Shown here piece after piece: positions 34,897-44,940 of a stretch of 44,940 bases of DNA. The position numbers were made by a program, and so were the translations under genes. The notes below the pieces were generated by a model, which worked only from the letters and a program-made list of their open reading frames with translations, was not told the DNA's origin and did not search any database. The DNA lies in the NCBI GenBank assembly GCA_032718475.1, contig JAUCBJ010002897.1:1-44940 (forward strand). Direction: 5' to 3'. The DNA is from Nemertoderma westbladi. Its lineage: Eukaryota > Animalia > Xenacoelomorpha. Each line of letters starts with the position of its first letter. Position 1 is the stretch's first letter.

Positions 34897-35670
34897 ATGA
34901 CCTCTAAGTATATTAATGCCGTGAATTCAAAATATAGAAATATTCCTCAGATTAATCGACCAATTCATGGTGAATCGGACGAACCAAGATCTATTCCGGA
35001 TTGCCCTCCAGGTCTGGAATATCTCACCCAGATCGACCAAATAACGGTGAAACAGAGATTTGACCTATTAGATGTGTTGACAACTTCTGAAGTAAGTAAA
35101 AAATATGTCCTCAAAAATGTTTGGGGCGAGCCAATCTATTATGCGTTTGAAGAGTCGAATTGCTGTATGCGTCAGTGTTTGTCGACGAGTCGCGGATTCG
35201 TACTGCATATTCTAGACACCACGAACCGAGAAGTGATTCGTTGTCATCGAGATTGCATAGCTCTGGGTGGGTGCACCTGCCTGGCTAGATGCGGTATATG
35301 TAGCGATCTAATTACAGTAGAAGCTCCAGTTGGTCATGTTGTTGGCTACGTCCGCCAAAAAGGCGGCATTCTTGCAGCAGAGTTTGATATATTGGATAAC
35401 AATGACAACGCTGTCTTAACATTGAAAGGGCCATGCTGCCAATGCCTTCTGCCTATATGCATGGATCATCATTTCAATATATGTGCTTTAGATGGAGTTT
35501 CCGTAATTGGTACGATATCTAAGGGGATTACAAGTTATGTAAAAGAAATATTATCGAAAGCAAGTTCAGTTGATCTTACATTCCCTTTGGATTTGAATGT
35601 TAACAGTAAAGCTGTTCTTATCGGGGCACTGTTTCTTATTGAATTCAGGTATTTTGAAACAAACGAATAA
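34897..35670 (+). CDS. PLSCR: Phospholipid scramblase family protein, paralog A, single exon
   Basis: CPPGLEYLTQIDQITVKQ, IYYAFEES, REVIRCHR, Cys cluster, TVEAPVG..VGYVRQ, LKGPCC, FPLDL....KAVLIGALFLIEF. Confidence 0.93.
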   Translation: MTSKYINAVNSKYRNIPQINRPIHGESDEPRSIPDCPPGLEYLTQIDQITVKQRFDLLDVLTTSEVSKKYVLKNVWGEPIYYAFEESNCCMRQCLSTSRGFVLHILDTTNREVIRCHRDCIALGGCTCLARCGICSDLITVEAPVGHVVGYVRQKGGILAAEFDILDNNDNAVLTLKGPCCQCLLPICMDHHFNICALDGVSVIGTISKGITSYVKEILSKASSVDLTFPLDLNVNSKAVLIGALFLIEFRYFETNE

Positions 35671-35924
35671 TTACATTGTTAGTGGTTTCATTTCGAATCT
35701 ACACCAAATAAACTGTTTTCTACAACGTTAAACTATAATATATTCCCTGTAGCCAAAAAATTTGTTATTAAAAAAACAGCAACATTATTATTATTATTTT
35801 TCATTAACGCGTTTCTCCCCCGAGATATGTAGATTTGGTTCCACGAAGATGTCGTAAAACGAATGTAGTGTGAGATGTATCAGCATTGGCCTACTAATAC
35901 AGTACATCAGGTGTTATAACTATT

Positions 35925-36067
35925 TACATCATTGTGTGCAAAGTAGCACACAGTACAGCGTTATTACCCGAGTTTATTTATGTACCGAGCGAGCGCAGCG
36001 AGGGAGGTTTATATAAATAAACAAGGGTCTTTAACGCCGAAAAGTGACCTTTGCAAGCAATGATGTA
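35925..36067. repeat. Palindromic hairpin element, family also at ~20985-21050 and ~40391-40530
   Basis: tacatcattg..gcaaag / ctttgcaagcaatgatgta arms with central cgagcgagcgcagcgag. The segment cagcgttattacccgagtttattttatgtacc matches 21017-21048 and the reverse strand of 40466-40513. Confidence 0.65.
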
Positions 36068-36963
36068 TGTAATTTTGTTACATTATGTCTACTTATCAGC
36101 GTTCGGTAAGTGAAGAAAGAATTTTATGGATGCTCAGTTAAACATTTTAATCCTGTACTACAGTATAACGAGTATAAGTTAAATTTATTAACAGGCACAC
36201 AGTATTAATTATACATTTATATCTATAATTAAAGTTTATTGGAAGTTATCTCCTACTTGGATGTGATAAGTCATTAATCCATCTTGACTATAATAGTCGA
36301 CTGAAGCAAATTTAGTCACCGTCTGTGTCCGTTCGGTTTTACTGAACAAAGTCGTCACTTTCTTTGGTCATTTTAGTGTCTTCTATTGGACGTTTCGCCA
36401 TAATGGATTACAGTACACGATAAACAATTATTTACATACAGTAGCTAGTCCCGTCACTGCAAACTGGATAATAAAGCAGCATTCATTAACATAAATGGAA
36501 ATAATACATTCTGGAATACGGTAATTGAAGTTGTTTCCATGTTATTGATTACTTTGCAGCGTTCCGTCCTATAGGCTCTGCAACGCTGCAAAGTACTACT
36601 TTGCAGCGTTACGAGTAATTCACCAGAACGCTGTTAAGTTGACATGATGTAACAAAGTATATCAAAACATATCCGAAATCCTAGGTATATACCGGTAGGT
36701 GGTGTAATACATCGTTTCATCGTTATATCCATATTTTTGAAGGACAGACAGGCTGACCAACAGACAGAGAAACAGACAACTTACGCTTATGATATTATGT
36801 TACGATTTCCATTCTACATGAAATTCTGATTTAGAATTGAAGAAAAAACAATTTCGAAAATGTTTATTTTTTTAAATGTTCTAAACTATCTCCCCATAAT
36901 GTTTTGAAACCATGCCTACTTCCTTTGCAATAAGCCTTGTTCTAGAATATTAAGTAAAATTAA

Positions 36964-38293
36964 TACCATAACCATTTTTAGCAAGTCAGAAATCAAATGC
37001 TATGAAGATAGTTCAATAAATTTTCTTACTGCATGGCCGAATTTTTCTAAATTAAAATTATTTAGCTACAACAAGCCGTTAAAAATGCCTATTTAGTAAT
37101 ATTTAACCAATTCTGTTGGTTTTATATTTCGTCTTTGGAATGTAATCTAGATATTAATAGAACTCCCTTCATCTGCTGATTCCTTTATCTGAAAACTGTT
37201 TTCAATATTCCGCACAATCAAAACTCGTTTGACACTCAAATTGATATAATTATAATTATATAATATTAAGGAGGGTAGCATCCCCAAATTGTACCTCACA
37301 TTTTTGTGTCTCTGTACCATACAATTGGATGAAAATTATTTTTTGTGCTACTAAACATCGTCTGGACTGTGTGAGAATAACCAAACCAAATATTTTTAAA
37401 ATTGGCCCCAAAATGGCTCCGTAATGGCCACAAGTGTCTTTTTGCGCCAAGGGCTATTTCTCCACCAATATTTCATGAAATTTGTCGAAATTTGGAATAT
37501 AGATTCAGAAGAACCCTGCATCCAATTCTTCTTAACAAATTTTGACTCAAATGCTATGGAGACTTTTTGAACAAAAAGCCCCCAAAATATGGCTTTTTTT
37601 GGCCTTTTTGATATAAAAAGTCTCCAGGGCATTTCCAACCAAATTTGTTCAGAAGAAGTATGGAGAAGGGTAATCTTAACAAGTGTACCAAATTTCAACT
37701 AATTTCAGTTAAAATTGGCGGAGAAATAGCCGTTTTCATTAAAAAACGTCATTCTGAGATATGGGTGTTTACAGTTTAAGGAACTATTCAAACCTTCCCG
37801 CTATTTTAGATAATACCATTTTTCTATGTTCAACAATAACTTTGTCAAAAATGAATGAAATTCAACGAAATTTTTCATGCTTGCTAAACATATAACCAGT
37901 AAAACAACTTTCTAGCAATTTTATTCATATCTGTACCGTGAGAGCCTTTTTTATGAAAAGGGCCCGTACAATAGTAAAATATAGTGCTGCTCGAAGGCTT
38001 TTCAAAAATCAGACTAGCTCTTACGTTTTGGGTAATAAATTGAGTTTGAGAAAAGATATGAGAAAACTGCTCGCAGATTTGAAATCTCCATTAAATTCGG
38101 CACATGATAGAATAAAAAAACTTTTTTGTCAATTTGCAAAATAGGGGGGTGCTACCCCGCTCTGCCAGTTGTATAAAAAAAGTTGTCGAACTATCTTCGT
38201 ACCGAATTTCATAACATATGATTAAAATTCGAAAAAAATTTGGAGGGGGGGGGGGGGGGAGCTAGCTCCGACTTGCTAAAAATGGTTATTGTA
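36964..38293. mobile_element. Non-autonomous DNA transposon with 24-bp TIRs, flanked by TTAA, with an inner inverted-repeat pair
   Basis: taccataaccatttttagcaagtc / gacttgctaaaaatggttattgta (23/24), TTAA on both sides. Inner pair ggagggtagcatcccc (37270) / ggggggtgctaccccgc (~38144-38160). 37126-37197 matches 8243-8311. Confidence 0.75.
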
Positions 38294-38837
38294 TTAAGGG
38301 AGATGGTACTGTATATAGCAATAATATATCTCGCTTCTGATCAAGGAGTTCTAGACTACTGTCTGTAAATAAAATACTTCAAGATTAGTTGAAATATTAT
38401 ATAATTTTTTCCCAAATAATATAATAATTATATTTTGTGGAAGCATAATACTAGTATATGCTAGTGTTTTTTTAATTTTATGTTCTAGAACATTCCGCTG
38501 CAAAATCTTCAAGCAGCTTTTGGCAACTATTTATAAAATTTTAATTTACAAATAAAAATAATTTCCTATACAATATAAAAAACTAAAATTATTAAAAATA
38601 CTTGCTATCGTGAAAAAATAAATTATCCCACAATATAGAAAGTGTTCAGTTTAGTAACATTATTCCATAAAAAACACACTAGCAAATTCAAAAATAATAG
38701 CTACCATTAAAATCCAATATATTTTTGGCCGCGAGATGTTCTAGAACATTACTAAATGGCAAGACGGAAAGCAATAACGCAGTGACGTGCCAAAGATTAT
38801 AGTTAACATATAGTTGTTTATCCGCGTTTTTTTACCA

Positions 38838-39644
38838 ATGGCTTTTTATAATGTTGCTCAGCAACCACCGGGTGTAAGATACGGAAGTCCCGCCCAAGGT
38901 CAACAGACTCAGGGTCAAGTGAATCAGCAATGGATGCCTCTACCACCCACCATCCCGGGCTGCCCACCGGGCCTTGAATATCTAACACAGGTGGCCCAAA
39001 TAGCGGTCAAACAGAAATATAACACGTTAGAGTTGTTCACATCTTACGAAGCGAGTAACAAATATGAAATCAGGAACGCGTGGGGCCAACAGGTTTATTA
39101 CGCGTTCGAGGAGTCAGACTGTCTCGCCCGTCAGTGTCTGAAGGCCAGTAGGGGATTCACCCTTCATATAGTGGACAATATGAACCGAGAAGTTATTCGA
39201 TGTCATAGGGATTGTATCGCTCTGGGCGGGTGTTCCTGCGTGGCTTGTTGCGATGGATGCAAGGATATTGTTACGGTAGAAGCGCCAGTTGGTCAAGTTA
39301 TCGGCTATGTGAGCCAAGCATGCAACTTATGTACACCAGCATTTGATATACTGGATAAAAATAAGCAAGTTGTCTTAAGATTGAAAGGGCCCTGCTGTCA
39401 ATGCATGATACCAGTGTGTATGGATAGGGATTTTGATATATTTGCTTTGGATGGTATCACCGCAGTTGGAACTATCACTAAGGAAGTCACAAACATCATC
39501 ACGGAGATGTATAGTAATGTTGATTCATTTGGAATCTCCTTCCCTTTGGATTTGGACGTCGGCATCAAGGCCGTTCTTATAGGGGCCGTGTTCCTGCTTG
39601 ACTTTATGTATTTCGAAGAAAAACACTCCCGTCGTCATCGTTAA
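38838..39644 (+). CDS. PLSCR: Phospholipid scramblase family protein, paralog B, single exon
   Basis: ATG at 38838; Q/P-rich N-terminus, WMP..CPPGLEYLTQV, NKYEIRNAWGQQVYYAFEES, CSCVACCDGC, DSFGISFPLDLDV..KAVLIGAVFLLDFMYFE. Confidence 0.95.
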   Translation: MAFYNVAQQPPGVRYGSPAQGQQTQGQVNQQWMPLPPTIPGCPPGLEYLTQVAQIAVKQKYNTLELFTSYEASNKYEIRNAWGQQVYYAFEESDCLARQCLKASRGFTLHIVDNMNREVIRCHRDCIALGGCSCVACCDGCKDIVTVEAPVGQVIGYVSQACNLCTPAFDILDKNKQVVLRLKGPCCQCMIPVCMDRDFDIFALDGITAVGTITKEVTNIITEMYSNVDSFGISFPLDLDVGIKAVLIGAVFLLDFMYFEEKHSRRHR

Positions 39645-40594
39645 ATCCGTGATGAGAGATGATGACGTTTAGAATCTGTTTTCTACAATAATTATGCAAA
39701 TAACATTTTTCTTGTTTCCTGTAACATTAAGGTCTTTATATTTACTTTGAAAAAAATGTGATTATTATTGATGATTTATACATCGTTCACATCGTATATA
39801 AACCTAATGAAGTTCTTAAGCCAAAAGTTTATTATTTAAACATAATAATCGGGAGACATTATTATCAGGAGACAATACTTCAACTGGTGATATCCTCGTA
39901 GCTCTTAATCTCTCAATCGTATTTTATTTTGCATCATGTATTTTTCTTGAGCACATAGCTGAGCCGTTATGCTAAGTGTAAGATTGTTTACCATGCCGCT
40001 GATGTAGTGACTGAAATTAGTTGCTCAGAATTAAGTGACCTGAGGCCCTAAGTCAAAAATTGCAATTGTTCAAGAGAGCCTAAAAAAGATATGGAGAGAT
40101 ATAGGGCCTTTCTGCTGTAAAATATCGCCCGATGGGATATAGGGCTTCACTTTACCACGCAATAATCATCACTGCCTATTGATTAAAATGTTCAAAACTT
40201 CACCAGCTGATAGAGCTCATGTCTTAAAGTGTGGAATTGTATAAAATGGTAAAATAAAAATCAAAAATAAAAATCCACTTAGGGCCTTATGACACTTAAG
40301 CTACGCAATATTATTGACATTACAATATTTAAGTTAATAATTAACCATTCAGAAGGGCGATAGATCAGTTGACGTGATTAATAAAATTATCTACATCATT
40401 TCATGACAATTGTATGAAAATCGCAATATTCAGCGTTTATGTCCCTTGCTTAATATGTAAACGTCACTCTCTGCGCTCGCTTGGAACATAAATAGACTCA
40501 GGTGATAAAGCCGATAAATACGGCAACCATTACAGTCTTAAAACACAACGATTGGGATTCAAAGAACTAGGGGTAAACCCCTAGGGGAGATTCT

Positions 40595-41983
40595 CTAGTC
40601 GGCACCTTTAGGCACCACTGTGGCTCGCAGCATTTTATTCTGTAAATCGATACTAAGCGACGGAGTTGTATCGAAGTATTCCCCTCCCGCCTCGATGTAA
40701 AGATCCAAATCGTCGCGAAGGACTTCCTTCAACTCGTTCAAGCCCCGTCCGGTAACCGTGGATACGGGGATGATGTGTCGGAAGTCCGGGAGACGCGACG
40801 GCAGACAGTCCGACAGGGATGGGTCCGAAAGGGATGGGGCCGACAGGGATGGGTCCGACAGGGATGGGTCCGACAGGGATGGGTCCGACAGGGATGGGTC
40901 TGACAGGGATGAGTCCGACAGGGATGGGTCCGACAGGGATGGGTCCGACAGGGATGGGTCCGACAGGGATGGGTCCGACATGGAAGGGTCAGACAAGGAT
41001 AGGCCCAACAGGGTTGGGTCCGACAACCCGCGGGACAGACTGTCTCGCAGCTCCCGCAGATTCAACTCGGCCAGTAACGAGTCCATTTTATTCACCACGA
41101 GCACCGCCGGTTTCCCTAGCAACGACGAGGCCCCGTGGTCCCCTAGCAAACCCTCCCAGTAGTTCTCGAGTTCCCGACACAGTAGCGCGAGGCATTGGAA
41201 CGCGTTCCTGTGCGGGGTCTCCACGGAGGCACGGAATCCGTCGACGTCGACCACGTAGACCAGCAGCTTGGCGCGCTCCGCGTGGCGTAGGAACCTAGCT
41301 CCGAGTCCGGTCCGACTCCGAGTTGCTCCGTCCATCAGTCCCGGGAGGTCCGACACCGATATCCGACGTCCGTCGGGGTAGCAGAGCGTCCCGAGTGCGG
41401 GACTCCGGGTCGAGAACGGGAAGGCGGAAACAGCAGTCCGCGCGCCGCTCAATCGGTGAAGGATCGACGACTTACCAGCGTTCGGGTAGCCTAGCAACGT
41501 CGCGTCCGATATCAGTTTCATATAAAGACGGATCGCGAGGAATTCTCCTTTGATGCCGCGGAATCCGTTGGTCGCATCGCCCCCCGCCCCGCCTCGTGCC
41601 GCTAAGTAACGGTCCCCTACGGCGTTCAACTCGCACAGAGTCACGTCATCATCGTTAGCTACTACTATACCTAACGGCACGTCTACAGTGACGTCATCGC
41701 CGAATTCGCCGACCAGTTGTCTGCGACCGCTGGCCTTCCCGCTCCCAGCGACAACTCGTCGCGTCTCGAATAGTTTCACGAGATCCTTGAGCGTGGTGTT
41801 CGGGTTGGGGGTTAGGTATACGTGCCCCCCGCGGCCCCCTCTGCCCCCCATGCGGGGGTAACCCGGGCCCCCGTTACCCGCTCGGCACCACAAGCGGACA
41901 CGGTCCAGGAATCTTTTTGTCTGAGGGGCGGCCGATCGACCAGTTATTACGGAACCCGTTGCCCGGGGTATCAGTCGGCTCAT
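40595..41983 (-). CDS. GTPBP10: GTP-binding protein 10 (mitochondrial Obg-family GTPase), single exon
   Basis: First ATG at 41983. FLDRVRLWCRAGNGGPGYPRMGGRGGRGG (GTPBP10-type short Obg fold), G1 GYPNAGKS, G2 FPFST, G3 DLPG, G4 NKMD, G5 IIPVSTVTGRG, and FQCLALLCRELENY. Confidence 0.92.
   Translation of the reverse strand: MSRLIPRATGSVITGRSAAPQTKRFLDRVRLWCRAGNGGPGYPRMGGRGGRGGHVYLTPNPNTTLKDLVKLFETRRVVAGSGKASGRRQLVGEFGDDVTVDVPLGIVVANDDDVTLCELNAVGDRYLAARGGAGGDATNGFRGIKGEFLAIRLYMKLISDATLLGYPNAGKSSILHRLSGARTAVSAFPFSTRSPALGTLCYPDGRRISVSDLPGLMDGATRSRTGLGARFLRHAERAKLLVYVVDVDGFRASVETPHRNAFQCLALLCRELENYWEGLLGDHGASSLLGKPAVLVVNKMDSLLAELNLRELRDSLSRGLSDPTLLGLSLSDPSMSDPSLSDPSLSDPSLSDPSLSDSSLSDPSLSDPSLSDPSLSDPSLSAPSLSDPSLSDCLPSRLPDFRHIIPVSTVTGRGLNELKEVLRDDLDLYIEAGGEYFDTTPSLSIDLQNKMLRATVVPKGAD
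40808..41026 (-). repeat. 15-bp in-frame tandem repeat encoding (SDPSL)n within GTPBP10
   Basis: gtccgacagggatgg x12 near-perfect plus 2 degenerate units. Confidence 0.95.
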
Positions 41984-42644
41984 TGCAGTAGTCCGTAGGC
42001 CTAGTTGTTGATGGCGGGCTCGTACAGCACGCTGACGCACGGTACGGTACCGGTATTAGTCAGTTAGTTGCTGAGTTGTGTCAACAACTCAACATTCTGA
42101 CATTCACAAAATAAAAAAAAACAAAATGACCGGCTAATGATGAATGATTACTAGTTTAACCTACCGTAAGCTTATTGGTTATCTCGGTTATCAACCTGTT
42201 AACTAGGCCTATTATATCAGTATATTACATGCACGCACGCGGAAGTGTATCATGTAGCCTATTACCAGATTACTACAGTCTGACAGTACTGCAGTACTGT
42301 ATTATCTGATTATTACGCCTATGGCCTATATACTGACAGACTGACAGACTGATGGAACTATTGCATAACATATTGACAGTAGTCAATATGCATTCCATAG
42401 TCAGCACTCAGCAGCAGTTCTATCACCTAGTCATCCACCCACGCAGCCACGCCTAACAAACAACCTATCTTATTCTGGCAGTCCTGCAGTCTGGGTGTAA
42501 TGCTCTGTCTGGTGCCATCTGCCATGTGGTCTGATAGTGTCCCACAACAATCTCATAAAATTTAAATTTCCCGCCCCTAAAAGTTATTATGCACTTTATC
42601 GTTCATAGTCCCATTTACAAATGAGGACAATAGCTCTGTGCTAG

Positions 42645-43642
42645 CAGGTGCGGATCCAGGGGGCGACTGTACAATGCTGTGCCCAACAAAAATTATAATA
42701 ATATGAAACCACTCATTCACCCATAACACCAATAATAAATTATAAGGTATATATTCTCACTTTCTCTTTACTAATTCGGAGATCTTCAACAGACTTCCGA
42801 ACCCATGGAGCCAAGGAAGAAGTTAGAAGACGCTATTCAAATAAGTGACTTATCAGTTCGTCCAGCCATTTAATATCTCAATCAATTTTTTGTTGGTCTG
42901 AGTCCATGTTTACTGTCAGAATTTTGGTCTTTGTGATATTCACAGAGATACCAACACTGGATGCAGCCTTCTCTAAGCTACTGTAGTTTTAACAACGTCT
43001 GCGCTCCTTCCAATGTATCTTAGAGTAAACCTAAATCATCAGAAATATCAAGATTGGTTAGCTGCTGGGGACACATGACCTCGGCCACATGATGGTAAAC
43101 ATAATACCACCCAGTCCCAGTCAGTATTGTGAATACCGAGAGATGTATGCAGCACATTGTCCACCTCAATAATGAAGAAGAAGAGGTCTAATGTGCCGCC
43201 TTGAAGGTATCCTCGAATACGTGTCTTTGTATATGGAATATACAATATGGATCTTTGTCCAATTCGGACCTAAGTGTACTTCGTGATCGTCTAACCCAAT
43301 GCAAGTAGTCCAAAGAAACTCAGGGAAAGCTATCGATTGATATCGCCATAGAGGAATCGTCGGTTGATACTAACTACTTATACCGTATAAATTATATAAA
43401 ATAACTCATGATTTAATAAATAATTAATCATAATAAATAAATAATAATTTAACAAATTGTCGGGGGCGGGGCGGACGTGTGGTGTTAGGACTACCACATA
43501 CCCTATACCCATATAAATACCCCCGCCTCCAAACGGGGCTCCACCCACCGCCTGAACCCTGTTGGGGGCTGTGACACCAGACCCCCGATTATGGACCGCC
43601 TCAGGTTCAGCCTACCTGACTCAATTCCTGGATCCACCCCTG
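42645..43642. mobile_element. Non-autonomous hAT element with 8-bp TSD
   Basis: CAGGTGCGGATCCAGG ... CCTGGATCCACCCCTG TIRs; flanks tgtgctag (42637-42644) / agtgctag (43643-43650). Confidence 0.85.
42780..43370 (-). mobile_element. Decayed RTE-like LINE reverse-transcriptase fragment nested in the hAT element
   Basis: GYLQGGTLDLFFFIIEVDNVL (QG motif), LTNLDISDDLGLL (F/YADD motif), LEKAASSVGISVNITKTKIL; stops and frameshifts present. Confidence 0.7.
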
Positions 43643-44940
43643 AGTGCTAGCCTGATAAGCTGCTGTACTGTTGCATTATTTTCCACAAATTTTGAAAGGG
43701 AATGATATCTCACTACAAAAGTGTTTAACAATACAATGGAATATGTTAAAAAAAACAATTACAACCCCCCCCCCCCCCACCCCCCCCCCCCCCCCCCCCA
43801 TCCCATTATCAAGGACCGCACCGTGCTCGAATCAAAACTGGAAATATTATGGAACTACAGTATGTACAGTACAGTAGAAATAATAGATGTACACTGTAGA
43901 TCGCGCAAAATTGTCGTAGGCTGATTGCTGAATTATCAAATATGAAATTTTCCATCAATCCAGGGTCCATTTTTAAAAGTAGATAACTCGATTTTCGGTA
44001 ACAAGTTAATTGAAACAGTATTTAATAAATAAATGTATTAATTATAGACAATAATTTCAATATATTCATTACAGTAATTATAAACAGTAAATTAAATTAT
44101 CAATTTGGGGAAGGGTGAAGTTTACAGTGCCACCTTATTCTAACCAAACCAATAAACGAATTTCAATAGAACACGTTTCAATTATATTTTTGAGTTTCAT
44201 TTCAATGAGATCTAGTATTCCTACAGCTATACACCTTAAAATACCGCCGTTTAAAAACTGACAATATGGCGACATAAATGCAACAGTACCCTGTAGGCCT
44301 ATCTCATCTGCTCAATTTAATGGTGGGTTAGAAATCACATACATCGCTAAGCTATCACTACAGTTTGAAACCATACCTCAATTCTTTCAAATGGTTCAGG
44401 TAATACTGTAAAGTACCTGCAATACAATATTACCTTCCACTTGGCATACAAATCTCTCACTTCACACTGTTTGCTCTACAAACAATGCAAGACTTTTCCT
44501 ATTTTCAGCTTTTGTTTAAACAACCTTTTAAAAACTTACTTATACTTTAGTTTCCTTTTATGTTTGCACAAATTCCACCTGCCTTTATCACTTCAACCAA
44601 TATAATCAAATAAAATAATTTCTGATTTATATTAATTATAACCTTGTTAAGCAGTTTGGTAAGATTTAAATGTTTTAGTTCTATAAAAATAAATATTTTT
44701 TCTATTTGGGAATAAATGTTGAATGTGTGTATACAGTATGTACTGTATGTATATGTACAGTAGGTAATTATTCCAAAGTTTATAAGAAAATTTCTAGTAT
44801 AATTATTTTGGTTACCGAATATTATTCGAAACGCATTGTGTTTTCATATTATTATTTGTTTGTATATTGTTATTATCAGTATTTATTATCAATTAATGTT
44901 TTCTCTTGCTTATTCATTGGCATTCCTCCTCTATGTACAC

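Noticed and set aside
41984-42040. GTG-initiated N-terminal extension of GTPBP10 (also the TTG start at 38814 for PLSCR B and ATG 13762 as DENND3 start)
   Set aside because: In these eukaryotic genes the first in-frame ATGs at 41983 and 38838 fit the homologs, and DENND3 needs the upstream exon to complete uDENN.

Overview
AT-rich, repeat-rich eukaryotic DNA from an invertebrate animal (inferred from the gene families; the species cannot be determined here). Six intact recognisable genes are present: DENND3-like Rab GEF (2 exons, +), TBC1D19 (-), TRNAU1AP/SECp43 (-), two tandem phospholipid scramblases (+) and GTPBP10 (-). All are multi-exon in vertebrates, yet here they are intronless except for one 5' intron in DENND3. 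There is also a probable spliced orphan gene (-, ~1.0-3.7 kb) and a decayed transmembrane fibrinogen-domain pseudogene. A ~5.5 kb modular 20/27/35-bp satellite made of TCF/LEF-type motifs is interrupted by a CCCAG-ended DNA transposon. Many non-autonomous elements are visible (Tc1-like foldback, Sola2-like, hAT, Penelope-like with hammerhead core, CRE and RTE-like remnants, tRNA-derived SINE heads, palindromic hairpin elements). The most unusual signals are: (i) fields of apparent DNA-transposon excision footprints (TA-CTG-TA, TA-CCGG-TA, TA-GGCC-TA) concentrated at gene 5' ends; (ii) tiny insertions with a Helitron-like hairpin+CTAG 3' end but variable-length target duplications; (iii) window-wide intron loss; (iv) an (SDPSL)n coding VNTR inside the GTPBP10 G domain. 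All calls were made by eye, without database searches.
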